Shown here: in pieces, positions 63,887 to 64,000 of the stretch
How the letters are laid out: each line of letters starts with the position of its first letter
Position numbering within the stretch: the stretch's first letter is position 1
The notes under the pieces: model-generated
Told to the model about the DNA's origin: nothing
What the model saw: the letters and a program-made list of their open reading frames with translations, nothing else
Databases searched by the model: none
DNA from: Argiope bruennichi
Taxonomy: Eukaryota
Direction: 5' to 3'
NCBI RefSeq assembly: GCF_947563725.1
Contig: NC_079159.1
Location: 100,177,559 to 100,241,558 of the forward strand
DNA: 64,000 bases
Translations under genes and position numbers: made by a program

Positions 63887-64000
63887 GCATTTCTAACCTT
63901 GTTAAAAATTACGAATACATTGCTATAGTTGGGTAATATTTTTCTGCTGCATATTAAAAATGTGGCTCAAATTATATTCATCAATATTATTTATTGATGA

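Overview
This window is eukaryotic nuclear DNA of arthropod type, not prokaryotic. It is about 70% AT, with long (AT)n, (AC)n and poly-A/T microsatellites, GT-AG intron-like signals and no operon-like gene packing. Almost none of the ORFs in the six-frame track are genes; most come from simple repeats or random AT-rich sequence. The features I can support fall into three groups.

(1) Transposable-element relics:
- an internally deleted hAT-like element that keeps only a hAT C-terminal dimerization ORF;
- a degenerate Tc1/mariner (maT-like) element with about 300-bp long TIRs and TA target-site duplications, plus a 544-bp MITE-like deletion derivative of the same family with perfect 28-bp TIRs;
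- a Helitron Rep (Helitron_like_N) coding relic on the minus strand with a predicted 101-bp intron, and a separate oppositely oriented Pif1-like helicase C-terminal pseudogene on the plus strand;
- two copies of a roughly 285-bp tRNA-derived SINE and a third related SINE;
- a probable solo LTR with CCAAT, TATA and AATAAA signals;
- a four-copy non-autonomous dispersed repeat.

(2) The only convincing host coding content: a tandem cluster of three paralogous TIL-domain (trypsin-inhibitor-like, cysteine-rich) exons on the minus strand at 22.9-25.5 kb. Each copy is degenerate in a different way: lost cysteines, a missing C10, or a 1-bp homopolymer frameshift.

(3) Unusual repeats: a roughly 700-bp minisatellite of a 19-bp core plus variable poly-A, a 387-bp tandem duplication, a 21-bp coding-like Thr/Ser-rich repeat, and a C16...G8 hairpin.

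I found no rRNA, no bona fide tRNA and no CRISPR. Nothing in the window resembles a prokaryotic defence system. The most biologically interesting locus is the diverging TIL peptide cluster embedded in TE-rich DNA.
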